The notes beneath the pieces were generated by a model. That model had not been told where the DNA came from, searched no databases, and was given only the letters and a program-made list of their open reading frames with translations. Positions 48,901 through 60,150 of a DNA stretch of 64,000 nucleotides are shown here, in pieces (position 1 is the first letter of the stretch; the number at the start of each line of letters is the position of its first letter). Origin of the DNA: Raillietiella orientalis. Lineage: Eukaryota. Where the stretch lies: contig JAYWIR010000035.1 of the NCBI GenBank assembly GCA_036172245.1, positions 1,860,001-1,924,000 on the forward strand, read 5' to 3'. The position numbers and the translations under genes are program-made.

Positions 48901-51900
48901 CTGGGACGTTAGGGGTGGCGCGCTCAGGACAAAAGCGGACGAACCCTTTCGCAGCAGCCGGATTCCTCGGGAAAGACGCACAGGAATGCGCACGCATGTT
49001 CCTCCTATCAGCCAGCGATTCAGTGCAGCACGGGGAAAGCTTGGCAATGCTCGTGGGCCGATTGTCGCTATCTCTAACGAGGTGCGAAGAGTTCTGTTAA
49101 AGGATTCGGTAGGCCTCTTTCCTTCTTCGTCTTCGGTACTCGGGTTCACCTCTACTAGGTTTCGGCAAGGTCAGTTTCAAGAAGGATGGCAATCCCAGCT
49201 GGGTCGCATCCGGAAGCGGAAAGAAGTGGGGAGGGAAGGAACGTGCGATTGGTAGCTCTTCGCCGAAGAGAACTCGGGGGATGTATCGATCTATCGATCC
49301 TCCGCGAATCCTGTTGCTGGCACCACTGCGTCCCTGGAAGAAATCGAGGTTGCCGCCGTCGCCTCCTTGATTTTTTTGCCGTACGGAGCTGGCTACAGGC
49401 TGACTTTCGGGCCAGCTTGATGGGCTGGGCTGGAGGTTCTCTGCAGCTGGGCAAAGGAGTGCAGCCGGGTGACCTTGGACGGCGCAATTCATTGCTTCCA
49501 GGGGAGCAAGCGTGCCGGAGGGGAGCTCCCTTGATAGGCAGCGCGAAAGTGATGCTGTCGTCGTGGGCTTCTTTCGCCTGTTCGGAGATCCAGTTCGATG
49601 TGACTGGCTGCTTTTGAGCGTCTCAGGTTATCCGGCCCTTTCGGAAAGAGGAAGCCGTCCGTTGCGATTCGCCGCGCCAAAATTCCTCCTGATATGAAGG
49701 TGCGATCTCCAGCGACAGCTGAGCAGGCTTTTTTTTTTTTTTTTTTCGCTGCAGTCGGAAAGTCTCGCCAGACCTCACCGACTGTGACCGGAAGGAGGGG
49801 GGGGGGGCAAAGCGTCGATCTGTCCGTTGATACCGATGCGAGAGCACCGGCTTCATGCTGTCGAGACCGCGGCTGGAAGCCTCTGCTCGAGCTCATGGTG
49901 TGCATCCCTCTTGCTGAGGGGAGTCGCTCTCTCCCTGCTTCTCCTTTTCATCATCTTGTTTTTATATTCTGTCTCCGTTTCTCGTGAAGTTCCCCTAGCG
50001 GTGGCTGCTAATTTTGTCAGCATCTCCACATCTCTGAAATCTCGGAATGCCTTCCGGATCCGCGCGCAAGCTCCGTCCAGCTGATCGTTTCGACTCCCTC
50101 GGCGAAAATAGGTTCCCTTGGAAACTGCCCGGATCGTTTGGTCTCCTGCGGCTACTGCAACGCCTCGCACGATACCACAGGAATCGCGCCCCCTGCCTGC
50201 GTTGTCCTCCCGCAACTGCTTTCGTGGTCAAGAGAGGATGCACTTTCCCTGCTTAGGCTTTCGCTTGTCGCCGCAGGCGACTTTGCAGCTCTATCGAAGC
50301 CGGGATCGTGAAGGCCCTGAGATTAGTCTAGAGTCTTCTGGTACCCTCAGCGTCGCTGTCAGCGAGCTGCTTGGGTTTGATCGCCACAGAACGGGTGAAA
50401 GCAGCGTCCTTAAACGAGATGAAAAGGAAAAACAAGTTGGGACGATAAAAATCTACGGAACGCAGTGACGAGAGGAAACCGGCACCATCGCCTGAGGGTA
50501 CACCGAAGCGACATATGGCGCGGATACCCTCCTGCGTTTCCCTGTCGTCTGCAAGCGCTCTCGTGCGGGAACGGTGCTGACCCCTTTCGCTCTCCGGTCT
50601 CAGCGAGCTGTTCAGGGTCTGCGAGGTTTTGCGGAGCGTAGAGAGCACGGCGGCGCTTCGGCTGGAAACCGCGGATCGTGCGGCTTGTCCCCGTGGAAGC
50701 GGGTGCACCCTTCTCTGAACAAAGGGTATGAGCGCCCCAAGCGGGGTGATTCTCGCAGTCGTTTGCAGCACCGACGCCAGATGGTGCTCGTCCCTTCCTG
50801 ATATGAAGGTGCGATCTCCGGACAAAATGCAAAATTCGTAATCGCGACGCAAGGGTGGAGCTGGTCGATAACCCGTAGGGCTCCTGGTTGTTTCGCCCGC
50901 GACCACGTACGCAGCGCAACACTTGGAGGCGGTCGGTCGGTCGACTTCATAGGCCGCGCGTGGAGGCAGAAGAGTGCGGCGGAGGAAGTTCAGGGAGCGC
51001 GAGCAGGAAGTGGGAAAATTCCACAGCCGCGTGGAGCCGTACGAACCCCGGAGGCAACGCAACAGTGTCCGCTAGAAGTGGACACTGGTGCGTTGCCAGC
51101 AAGAGTAGAAACCTAGCGGGTCCGTCATTCTCCCGGGTGGCTCCCTGCCACGCCTGCTACTCCTCGTCTTCGCAGGAGCGAGGCTCCTGAGGGATTCCTC
51201 AAGGGAGCTAAATAGTAAAATCCGCTTATTCTCGGGCTGGCTGCTGCTTCCTCTCCCGAGCGCGGCAGTCCGGGCTTCCAGAGGGCGCTCTCGGCACGCC
51301 CGCTGAAAACCTTGATTTGTGGTATCTGCCCAAGGAGCGAACGACCGCGAAGGGGGTGTTGGGGACACTGCCTGCGCACGTTCACACGTGCCTGAATGCT
51401 GCTCTTCCGGGTCGGTTGACGACTGGGTAACGCCCATCCTCGGTATGGCGCTGTTCGTCTTTGTTTCGTGCGCCCGCATCGTGTCCTCCGCACCTGCAGC
51501 TCCCTTACGCAGTGGCCGGGGACGAGGCTCTCAAAATGGCCTCTCTGTCGTAGTGTGTCGCTCCCACCGCCATCGGGAGCCTCGCGACCCCCGTCCTGAC
51601 CTGTTACTCCTCCTTTTCTCTCGCAGGAATGCGCGGGACAGCTCCTGGTGACCACGCTGCCCGATGTCTTCGCAATCTCCGACTGCCCGAGCGGCGGCGA
51701 CGCGCCGGATAAGGAGATGCACAAACTGCTGCTCTTGCTGCTGGGCTGCGCCATCCAGTGCGAACACAAGGAGAGGGTCATCGACAGGATAAAGAGCCTG
51801 GATATCGACACGCAGCGCGACATTGCCATCTGCATCCAGAAGGTGAGGGTTCTCCTCCTCGCCTAGCCGACACCTTCCTCCAGGTCAATGATAACCCGGA

Positions 51901-54900
51901 AACCACGTGGTCTCCCGAGTGGTGCTGCCTGCAGCAGATCCCAGAGGAGGATCAGGAGACCTTGTATGACATGCTGCTGCAGCACCTCCGCTGCCTCGTT
52001 CAGGAGCGCGACAAGTGGTACAAGGTGAGCCGCACGTTGGTCACTGACCACGACGCAGACTCTGCGGCAAGTCGCGCCACCTTATGCCACCCTCACTCCC
52101 CCCCCCCCGGCTTGCTCCGAGTGTTCTTCGACAGCCGCAGATGACGCGGTTATTACGGTGGATCGCACAAACGGTCGTTTGTGCGCGCACGCGTACAGAC
52201 ATGCGGCGTGCATACACATACGTTCTTTGCCCATGCATGTGAACGTACGTTCACGCACGTGTGCAAAATGCGCATCGTGTACATGCATGGTGCGCAGGTA
52301 CGCATGTCTGACAAATACTCTTGCATTTGTACATGCGTATGTCTGCGTACCTCTGTATCCATATATGCGGAGTGTACGACGCCGTGTACACATGGCGTGA
52401 TGATGAGTATATCTGTGCATGCATACGTACGCGATCATCTACGAGTGCAAGTGTACATACGAATGCTTGCTCTGTCTGATAAAGGGCTGCGGGTCGAAGC
52501 CGTACGCACGAAGTGTACACTTACGCACTTTTACACGCGTAGGCGCGGACACTTCTGCATGCGTGCGCACTCGCGCGTGCACTGGCACGGATGCTGACTG
52601 ATGCGGCTCCCTATTGTTTTGTGGGCACACGTGCCTGCGTTCTCGCGGGCCCACGTATTCACGTAACTCGCATGCGTGCAGCTGTTGCGATTTTCAGGAA
52701 ACCCGACGAACTCACGACGTCGCGACGCACCTGCGCAGCTCACCTTCGCCGTACGATCGCTTTCTCCCCAGCGCCCGCAAGGCGGTGCATCCTTTCCTCC
52801 GGCAAACCTCCGGCCACTCTTGGCTCCAAGAGTCCTCGCCTTGTTTCCTCTGCGCCGGCTTTCCCCGCAAGAATGCTGCCGTTCCCTCTGAAAGCGCTTG
52901 CCCCCTTCCGGCATCTACGCCCGGTGTTTTGCTTCCCCCCTGGGAGCGTGGCCAAGCAGGCGCACCGGTCCGCCGCCTGGCAACGCGGAGGAGTTGGTTC
53001 GGGACCTCACAGCATGCAAAGGGAGGCGGCCCTTTTCCACCGCCGGGCCGCGCCGCAGTCGCTCGAGGGCCGTTTCTTCGGACTTCCCGCGTGCTCGCGC
53101 TCCTTCCTTGCCCCCTCCTTCCGCTCGCTTCTCCTCTTCATCTTCTCTCTTAGAGGCTCGTGTCCGCGACGATTGGAAGCTGCCCCCACCCGACGGAGCC
53201 GACAAACAAGCGCGTGCAGGGAGCGAAGAACCACTTTGAGAGGAAAAACGGGATGCTGGAGACCGACGACCCTCAGAGGCGCCACCTGGCGGCGGAGCTC
53301 GCAGACTGCAAATCACAGCTGAGGAAGGCGAAGCAGGAGCTGTGAGTGAGGAGAGGGGGGAGGGGTCCCTCTTCGCCTGTTTGCGGGTCTTGAGCGCCGG
53401 TTAGGCTGTGCACTTCTGTCCTGCGCGCCGCGCGGGTGGGGAAGAGGCGCGTACCTGTCATGCAGCACCTCCTTAACCTTCTCTCACCTCTTTTTCTTCT
53501 TCTTCCTCCTCTTCCTCTTTTTCTTTCTCCTCTTGTTACTACCTCTACCAATGATGATAATGGTAATAATCGGCAGGAATAAGAATGGTAGTTCACTTCT
53601 TCCTTCCTCGACTGCTGTGCTCTTCCTGCTGCTTCTGTTCCATTTCCTTTTTCTACTCCCGTCCGCGCTGATTTCGACGAGATGGCCTGGCAGCACCTCC
53701 CACGCCATCATGGACCGAGACCGAGGAGCTGCTGCGTGGCCCTCAGCACGGATCCACGGGCCTTCGCCGCCTCTCACTTTCTTCTGTTGGCTTTGGTGCC
53801 CCCCTCGCCTTGCTCGACGCCTCCAGAAATGGACTGGCAGTGTGAGAAAGGCTTCCATCTTGGAAAGGGGAGTCGAGCAGGGAGGGGGAGGAGTGAAAGG
53901 CACCTGCAGTGCGAGGTTCAGCCTCACCTACTCTCGGTTGCATCCTCCGCGGCCAGGAAGAGGGGAGAAGAAGCCATCGATCGCATCGCCTCATTCGGAT
54001 TTGCCTTCCACTCTCTGTTCCCCATGGGGCAGGGCTGATAAGGGCAGGGTCTCCCTGGACCCCGACTGCGCCCCCACGGTTTGTCCTCCGCATTTTCCAG
54101 GGAGGAGAAGGGCGAGTCGTGCGCCGAGCTGAAAGAGGAGCTGGAGGTCTCCAGGGGCCACGTGGTCAAACTGAAGCAGCAGGTAAGCGGTCCAGGCGCG
54201 CGCGCTTTCGTGGGGGTCGGGGAAAAGCGGGGTGGGAGGATGGTGAAACGAAAGGTCGAAGGCGCGCATCATCCTCACCCTCCCACATGCGTCCCGCAGA
54301 CTTTGCAACTGGTCCAGGACGCGAGGGAGGCTAAGTGCCTGCGCGATGAGCTGGACGCCCTGAGGGAAAAGGCGGCCAGAGCGGCCAGCCTAGAGGCGGA
54401 GATCCAGCGGTACCGCGACCGCGTCGCCGAGATCGACTACTACAAGGCGCGTGGGGAGGAGCTGCGCGAGGACAACCGGTGAGCGCCCCGGGGAAGAAGA
54501 GAAGGACTTCGCCCTTTCCCGTCAGACTCCTCGTGGAGACGAAGAACACGCTAGAGGAGCAGCTGGAATCCTGCAGGGAGCGACTGGACCAGGTGGCGGA
54601 GCTGGAGAGCGAGGTCACGCGCTGCAGGAACGAGCTGACCTTGGCCCTCCTGGTGAGCGGGGACCTCTCTGGGGCGATCGCCCCTGACTGACTCCTTGCC
54701 TCCCCGCGGCCACTGCCAGGAGAGGGATGCGGGCCGTCGGGAGATCCAGGAGCTGACGGAGCGCGTGGCCGACTTGCAGGTGCGCCACAGGAACGTCCTG
54801 AACGAGTCCGGCAACCTGGGGGCGGAGTTGGATCGCCTGAGGCGCGCCGAAGGAGACGGAGGCCCCGGGGGCAAGCTGTCGGACCAGCTGCAGTTTGACG

Positions 54901-57271
54901 CACAGATCCGTCTCCGGCGCCTGGAGCTCGACAACCAGCGCCTGCGTGGTCTCCTGCGCCTGCCCCCGCCGCCTGCCCCGCAGCCTTCCCCTTGCCCAGA
55001 GGAGGGAGATAGGCAACTCCGCGCGGAGGTGCGCAGGCTTTTGGAGGCGCTCGCGGAGGCGCGCGCCAGCGGCGACCGACGGGTCGCCGAGGCGGAGGGG
55101 GTGGCCAGGACGCTCGTCTCCCAGCTCCTGAGGGCACTCCGGGAGGAGAAGGCTTCGGAAGGCAGCCGCTCAAGTGACCCTGGCTGCGATGTCCTAGACG
55201 ACCAACAGCCTCCTGAGCAGCAGCTCTGCTTGGTAAGCGGTGCCCCTTTCCGGCTGATTCCGTGGTTCCCCGGCCCCGCTCATGTTCTTCTCCCTCGTCT
55301 TCCAGGGGATCCGAACTCTGAAGGGGCTGCTGCGCGACCTGCGCCGGGAGCTGTCCGAGAAGGAGGTCGACTGCAGGATGGCGCGCCTGGCTCTGGCGGA
55401 GGAGAGAAGCAGAAGGAAGCAGGTGAGGCTGGGGATCGGGCGTTCTTGGCGCCCCTCCCTCCTCCTTTTGGATTTTTCAACCTCCCCTCCTCCAGTGCGA
55501 GTCGAGCCTTCGGCAATGCGTCACGCTGGCAGCGGAGGATGCCGTCGTCTTGCGGGAGGCTGCCAATTCGCTGCGCGTTGCGTTCCGGCAAGCCCATGAA
55601 GAACTGCCGCAGGCGGTTCCCCTCCGGGAGACGGTGGACAGGGGGAGTTCGCCTTGCCTACAGGGCGATCTGGTTGCCACCTGCGGGTCTCAGAATACTG
55701 CCGCGTCCCCCTTGGGGGACGACGGCGACAACGTCGATTTCGAAGAGCAGGAGGAGGAGGAGGAGGAAGTGGTGGCCGAGAAGACGAGACGATCGCTTCG
55801 GTGCAGCCAGCAGAGGCGCGAGGAGGCGGAAGCGGAGGCGCAGTCGCTGCGGCACCTGCAAGCGGAGCACGCGCGGCTCAAGGAAGACTTCCGCTGTCTG
55901 TTCTCCGCCAGCGAGAGGCTCAGGTCGGAGAACGCGACCCTGTGGGCCGAGCTCGGAGCCTCCCGGCTGAAGGTCGCCGCCCTTCAGGCGGAACTGGACG
56001 AGGCGAGGCGTCAGGCCGGCTGCCGGGACCTCGAGCTGACACGCCTCAATGATTTCGTCCAGGTGCGTTTCTGGGTCCCTGTCTCCGGCGATCTATCCCA
56101 GGATGGTTCCCCCTGCACCAGATGCTGAGCACCATGTGCACCGCTCTGGACGAAGAGAAAAAGTCCCTGATGGAGCAGGTGACTCTTCTCTTGACTCAGT
56201 ACCACGATCTACTGGCGCAGACCCTGGATGACCGCAGGCAGTTCCGAGACGAGGAAAGGAGCTACAGCGAAAAGCTCAGTCAGCTGCGCCGGCAGAAGGA
56301 GAGGCTGGAGGAGAAGATCATGGATCAGTACCGGAGCATCACCGTCAAGAGGTTCGTTGGTGAGGCGCTCCTTCTCGCATGCCTTCTGTCACCCCCAGGA
56401 AGGGTTTCGCTTCCATCCTGATGAGGAAGATGCGGAAGGCTGGCTCCGAGATGATGCAGAAGGCCTCGGTGGTAACCAACTCCCACCACTCCCTCGCCCA
56501 TTTTCCAACACCTCCGTTTTGTCGCAGGGACACCGGATGCGGCGGCGGCGCGTGGACAGCCCCGGGGAAAACTCGCCGGCGTCCAGTAGCTCCTGCGGCG
56601 GGTCGAACGCTTCCGACACGGAGTCACGCCGGCAGGAGGATGCCCCCTCGCTGCTTGCGGAGGGCGGCTGCGTCCAGGGAGAGGAGGACGAGGACGAGGA
56701 GCAGGAGCTGGAGGAGGGCGCGTCCTCGACGCTCGGGCGGGCGGGCACCAGGAAGGCCGTTTACTACAGCGGCGGGCACCTCTCCATCGGAGCGGTGGAC
56801 GCCGCTGAGGAGGACGGCGGCGAGGCGGAGGAAGAGGAGGAGGAGGAAGAGAAGGGAGGGGGCGCCGTCCGCCACCTGGCGACCGACTCCACAACCCCGG
56901 ACGCAGCAGCCACCACTTTCTTCGGCCGGGATGAATGCTGCTTCCTGAGGCAGAGCAGCCTCCGCTGCAACCTGAGGAAGGATCGGAGCAGGTCAGCTGG
57001 GAACGACCGGCGTTCCCCGCTGATCCCGGCTCGTTTTTCCAGGACCTCCGGGTCGATGCTCAGCAGGAGGCCCGCCTCCGAGCGCGGCAGCGTGACCACT
57101 AGGAGCGGGAGGTGCGTCCCACCTTCGAGGACGCCGTCTTCCAGGGACCTCGCCGAGTGCCCTCGGGCGGCCGCCCGCGGCGGGCCGCTATCTGCCTCCT
57201 CAGACGGGCGCGTCGACGCCCTTGCCACTGCCCCCAGGTCCGCCGTTTGGTACGAGTACGGCTGCGTGTGA
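33995..57271 (+). CDS. Girdin: Girdin/Daple-like (CCDC88 / HOOK-family) coiled-coil protein, 15 coding exons, ~1160 aa
   Basis: Phase-consistent GT-AG exon chain assembled by hand: 33995-34090 (MGTERT...ASLLRW), 34494-34591 (VGSLIG...DLIDGGVLLDVLKE), 44238-44349 (DPQLADG...GRFYE), 51627-51842 (ECAGQLLVTTLPDV...KLLLLLLGCAIQCEHKERVIDRIKSLD), 51884-52024, 53154-53341 (HLAAELADCKSQLRKAKQEL), 54101-54182, 54300-54478 (RDELDALREKA...DYYKAR), 54526-54652, 54720-55232, 55306-55422, 55496-56062, 56122-56351 (LRRQKERLEEKIMDQY), 56399-56471, 56528-57271. Total 3483 nt, a single open frame. The HOOK-domain LLLLLGCA(V/I)QC motif, the RRQKE.LEEKIMDQY motif and the C-terminal VWYEYGCV PDZ-binding motif are CCDC88 signatures. 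Confidence 0.95.
41142..41168. repeat. (TGCG)n microsatellite
   Basis: tgcgtgcgtgcgtgcgtgcgtgcgtgc. Confidence 0.9.
42940..43400. repeat. Degenerate T-rich (TTAT/TTGT/TTCG)n low-complexity tract ending in a (GT)n microsatellite
   Basis: Repeated ttatttatt / ttcattcgc units; (GT)n at ~43358-43377. Confidence 0.75.
45199..45400 (+). mobile_element. tRNA-derived SINE-like element or tRNA pseudogene in Girdin intron 3
   Basis: 45199-45271 folds as a degenerate cloverleaf: A-box-like TGGCTGCAGTCTGG, GCTC/GAGC stem with a 7-nt loop ATGGCAC, perfect B box GGTTCGAATCC (45249-45259) in a GTGGG/CCCGC T-stem, and imperfect GCCCCGTG/CACTCGGGC acceptor pairing. No T-run follows, as expected for a SINE head. 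The 3' boundary is a guess. Confidence 0.55.
48900..49600 (-). mobile_element. Possible decayed LINE RT C-terminal remnant in Girdin intron 3
   Basis: Minus-strand FNRTLRTSLEIAT resembles the LINE Y..lvRp.LEYa motif; weak. Confidence 0.2.
52170..52680. repeat. Alternating purine-pyrimidine low-complexity tract in Girdin intron 5
   Basis: Dense TGTACA, ATGCAT, GCGCAC, CACGTG and TACGTA units over ~500 bp. Confidence 0.7.
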
Positions 57272-59299
57272 GGGCTACCTGCGTCCGTAGCACCAAAATC
57301 GCGGCATCTGCAGCACCACCGGGAGAGAGGGTGCGCATCTGCGTCGGGGTGCCCTGCCCCTGCAACCTACCGCCGAATGCATCTTCCTGTTTTTCGGGGA
57401 TGCCAAGTATTCGAGCTCCTGGCCACAGACTCAATGGAGGGGGAAATGGAGGGGGGGGGGGGAAGGGGAGGACGGCAGGAGAGATTCATCCTTTCGCCTT
57501 TTGCTGACGAGCGAACCGTTTCCAAGGACAACAGCGGGCGTTTTGACCAGGAGTCAAGAGTTTCCTCAACGCTTGTCTGCCACTGCTAGGTGTCCCAGGT
57601 AGCAACGGCAGCTCCCGTCCGATCACGGGACGGGCGGAGGCAGCAGCTGCCTCGGCGCGTCATTCGAGTTCCTTCTCCCCGATGCAGCGCCGTCCCTCTG
57701 TCGGGGCTCAGAGAGAGAGCGCCGTCTCTAGGCACGAGCTCGGGGCCACGGAAAACAACGGAGGAGCGCCTTGAATTCCCTGGCGCTCGCACGTCCAGGT
57801 ACTGACCGATCCCGTCGCTGCTCAACTTGGCCAATCGAACGAGAGGAGACGCTTTCGGTGACGCGCTGACCCGCGGCGCCCGTCCGCCGCAGGAAGCTGG
57901 CAGTGCGGGTTCGTCTCCTCCCCCTCCGGCGATGGAAAACGGGCCAGGCGGAAGGGGATCACAGCATTAACGGCGTGCCGAGCAGCAGCAACGTGGTTTC
58001 CAGAAGCAGCAGCAGGAAAGGATTAGCGTGGTGCTCTCGCTTGCGTGCGGCTCCCCGAATGAGTGGCGAGAATTTCGTTGGGGGGTTCGTGAGCAACAGC
58101 CAGGTGCAACGCGCTGCCGGCAGAGGACAAGGGGGGAAACTTCGGCTTTCTGCAGGAAGGAGGGAACCGCAGTCCTGTGCTGAAAGACGGCGTGAGTGTC
58201 CGTGGGTGGCTCGTTCGGCGGCGCCGCAAGGCGATGAGCGACTACCAAACTCCCGTTGTACGTAACAACGGGACCGTTCACGGTGCGTCCTCTTCGAGTA
58301 CGCGTGTGGATGGCACCATCAGTCAAGAGGATGGGGTACACGACTGTACGGTTAATAGGAACGAAAGGAATGGGAAGGATATGATGGCGAACTTTCCTCC
58401 CGTTCCCCGAGATGGGCAAGCACGAGACTCCATCTTGCTGTCTTTTCCCGGAACTCAAGCGAAGTCGTAACACAGGTGAAGATCGGCAGTAGCCGAATGT
58501 GAAGGGCACGAACGCGCAGTGCCGAGCACTACTGATGTTTCTTGTTACCTGGAGGGGGGGGTGGGATTTTTGTTGCCAAGCGGAGTGGCCAAAACGCCGC
58601 ATACGCCGGATGACGTTCGGTCCGACTTCGGGCAAGCTGTTTCCGGGAACGGAAAGAACCCGTTTTTCGCGATTCGGCGCTCCCACCGATAGATGGCGGC
58701 AGTTTTTTTTAATGCTTTGGAGAAGGTCTGCCACCGCATTTCGCGCCACTCTTTCCTCCAGGCATGCTTGTCCCAAGGGGTTGCTGCTGCCGCCCGCCTG
58801 CAGCTTGTGCCATCCTGGTGCTGCCCGATCCCCGACTCGGCACAGTGGTTTCCCGCCTCCGAGCTTCTCGAATCCCTCCTTTGGGAGGGCATTACCGGGT
58901 TCGCCCGTTCCTCGCCGAGTTGCAGATCCCTTTGTTCGCGTGCGTGCGGAGCGTGCGTGCAACCCGCTTTCGTGCACCCGCCGTCATTCTGGGTTTTTCC
59001 CGATGAAGTCGGAAGGCGGATTTCGGGTGCGAGCGATGCCCTACGAATCCGGGAACGCTCCAGATCGTCTTCCGGCGTGTCGAGAGCATCTTCCGAGGGT
59101 TTTCACCGTTGCTTTCTCGCCATACTTTCCGGAGGAGATCTGAACCGAATGTGAAAGAGAATGGTGGCTCCAGTCGAAGAAATCCTATTTGACCGCGGAG
59201 GTCGATTGGGCAAAAATCCACGCTGCACGCCATCTTGGGGGCAGGCTCGGTTTTGCTTCGCAAGTTGCGCGCGGCGCGGCGTTTTGGGAGACTTTTCTG

Positions 59300-60150
59300 T
59301 GCGGACGGTAGCGCATGAGACCGCTTCAAGAGAATGCTGCTGCTGAGCCGCGCAGCCTCCAGGATCAAATGCGGGAGCTCATTCAAAGAGGAGCCTTTGC
59401 CGTGCAGGAAATGCAAGGCTGTTGCCTCCACCAGCGTTTCCCAGGCATGGTTGCGGCTGCAAGTGTTTCTATCGTATTGCCAAGAAATGGTACTGAAACA
59501 AAGAGTGATGGCCCGCATTCGTCAGTCAGTTGTCCCTCGCAACCAACTTGCTTTGGAAACCAGATAAAGGGTGTAGATAAGGAAGGCAGATAAAGGGTTG
59601 AGTACGACGCCCTTTGCAAAGAAAAAACCTCGGATTTCCAAGGGTAGTCTTTGAACACCCGGAGGGAATTCGAGGTTGACTGAGTTTCCTGTGTTGCCTT
59701 AGGATACCCAACCTCTTTTCGAAAGGTTTCTTCATGTGGTCAGCCGGACTTTCTGCAATCCCATTGCTTCTTTGTCTCGACTGCTCACGTGTGCGACATG
59801 CGTCTGATCTTGTGATCGCTTGTGCACGAGTAAGCGTGTGTGCTCTTTTTAACTGCAAAGAGGGGAACAAGGATCCTCGCTCGTGACGTCATGATGTCAT
59901 CGCTCTGTGAATTCGAAGTAGTCCCCTCAGACACTTTCTGTTTTATTCTGCAGCAGCAAGAATTTCCTCACTTGGAAGTCTTGCAATCTTCCACAGGAGA
60001 CAGCAGTTATTTTAGAGGAAAATGCGAGCGTGCCATCATTTTTCTCATCTCACTCCATGCGATCCATTCCCCTGGTTTCGACGCTTTATCAACGAGGGAG
60101 CCTTCAGGTTGGGAGACGAGTAGGAATTTGACTGATCACGAGTCCAGATG
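59300..60150 (-). mobile_element. Decayed LINE reverse transcriptase remnant
   Basis: Minus-strand QSDDIM (~59890-59907; YADD-like), then DHMKKPFEKRLGILRQ (Hi...KA.krLg.l.R-like) and ILEAARL, in the expected order. Confidence 0.4.
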
